DNA from: Caulobacteraceae bacterium
GTDB lineage: Bacteria; Pseudomonadota; Alphaproteobacteria; Caulobacterales; Caulobacteraceae
Assembly: GCA_027489335.1 (NCBI GenBank)
Contig: JAIXZX010000005.1
Span: forward strand, 87,125-151,124
Reading direction: 5' to 3'
Length of the DNA stretch: 64,000 bases
In this document: piece after piece, positions 63,200 through 64,000 of the stretch
Layout of the letters: every line of letters begins with the position of its first letter
Numbering within the stretch: position 1 is the first letter of the stretch
Made by a program: the position numbers and the translations under genes
The notes under the pieces: model-generated
Told to the model about the DNA's origin: nothing
Databases searched by the model: none
What the model saw: the letters and a program-made list of their open reading frames with translations, nothing else

Positions 63200-64000
63200 T
63201 GAACGATATCGGCGCATCGTTTGTGGCGGCGGAGGCTGTCCCGACGCCGCTTGACGTCGCGTCCCGCGCGCGCCTTTCGGTGATCATGGTCGTCTACATG
63301 ACGGGCGAGGCTCTGGATCAGAGCCTCGCCTGCGTGCTGGCCGATCCGCAGGTGGACGAGTTCATTGTCGTCGACAATGGCTCCGACGCTTGCGAGGCGG
63401 CGCTTCTCGACGATATCGCCCGTCGCCATCCGCAGATGCGTCTGGTGCGAGGCCAGGGCAATGTCGGGTTCGCCCGCGGGGCCAATCTGGGCGCGGACGC
63501 AGCCACCGGCGACGTGCTGATCTTCCTCAATCCCGACGCCTTCCTGCAGCCGGGCTGCGCTCAGGTGCTGGCCAGGGCGGTGCTGGACGGCGGCCCCCTG
63601 CGGCTGGTGGGGGGCCGTGTCTTGAACGCCGACCGCACCGAGCAGCGCGGCGCCCGCCGGGGCGAGATCACGCCGATGGCCGCCCTCCTGTCCCTCAGCG
63701 GCCTCACCCGCCGCTCCAAGGCCCTGCGTCGCTATGAGGTGCACTGGGAAAATGAGGCCGCGCCGGCCGCCCTGTGCCCGGTGCCGACCATTTCCGGGGC
63801 CTTCTTCGCCATCCGCCGGGCCGGCTATCTGAGCCTGGGCGGTTTCGATGAGGGTTATTTCCTGCATGTGGAGGATATCGACCTCTGCTGGCGGGTCCGC
63901 GAGGCCGGCGGCGAGGTGATGTTCCATCCCACCGCCGAGGTGGTTCATCTCGGCCACACCAGCCGCGCCAGCCCGCTGAAGGTCGAACTGTCCAAGGGTC
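63199..64000 (+). CDS. Glycosyltransferase family 2, truncated by window end (missing from ORF track)
   Basis: Hand translation: SVIMVVY...IVVDNGS...FLNPD...GGFDEGYFLHVEDIDLCWR; ATG overlaps the thrS stop. Confidence 0.9.
   Translation, partial: MNDIGASFVAAEAVPTPLDVASRARLSVIMVVYMTGEALDQSLACVLADPQVDEFIVVDNGSDACEAALLDDIARRHPQMRLVRGQGNVGFARGANLGADAATGDVLIFLNPDAFLQPGCAQVLARAVLDGGPLRLVGGRVLNADRTEQRGARRGEITPMAALLSLSGLTRRSKALRRYEVHWENEAAPAALCPVPTISGAFFAIRRAGYLSLGGFDEGYFLHVEDIDLCWRVREAGGEVMFHPTAEVVHLGHTSRASPLKVELSKG

Overview
GC-rich (about 70% by eye) chromosomal window from an alphaproteobacterium, most likely Caulobacteraceae (Phenylobacterium/Caulobacter-like). This is inferred from the cpa/tad pilus gene order, a CleD-type regulator, a McpA-type receptor and CtrA-type boxes. 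Most of it is core genome: the Tad pilus operon (cpaB partial, cpaCDEF, tadBC, tadD-like), pepB-like, NlpC/P60, cytochrome c, kdsB-pheA, nudC, ffs-dnaX-ybaB-recR-rmuC, def-fmt-truA, dapE/dapD/argB, rpmH-rnpA-yidC-engB, an RND efflux operon, purA, rpoH, rluD, phoD, hisI, folE, cysS, yidD-thrS and a partial GT2. I saw no rRNA, tRNA, CRISPR array, transposase or integrase. Three elements missing from the ORF track were found by reading: SRP RNA (ffs), rpmH and the terminal glycosyltransferase. The most interesting accessory items are: (1) an encapsulated-ferritin-like gene with no targeting peptide and no adjacent encapsulin; (2) a DEDD-exonuclease-like protein with all catalytic residues replaced, convergent with a winged-helix protein between dapE and dapD; (3) a secreted protein with a symmetric six-Cys motif behind a perfect CtrA box; (4) a low-GC 79-aa gene wedged between fmt and truA; (5) a Tat-exported, probably inactive beta-lactamase-fold protein; (6) two 89-bp REPIN-like doublets with covarying stems. 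All family assignments come from motif recognition; no database search was run.
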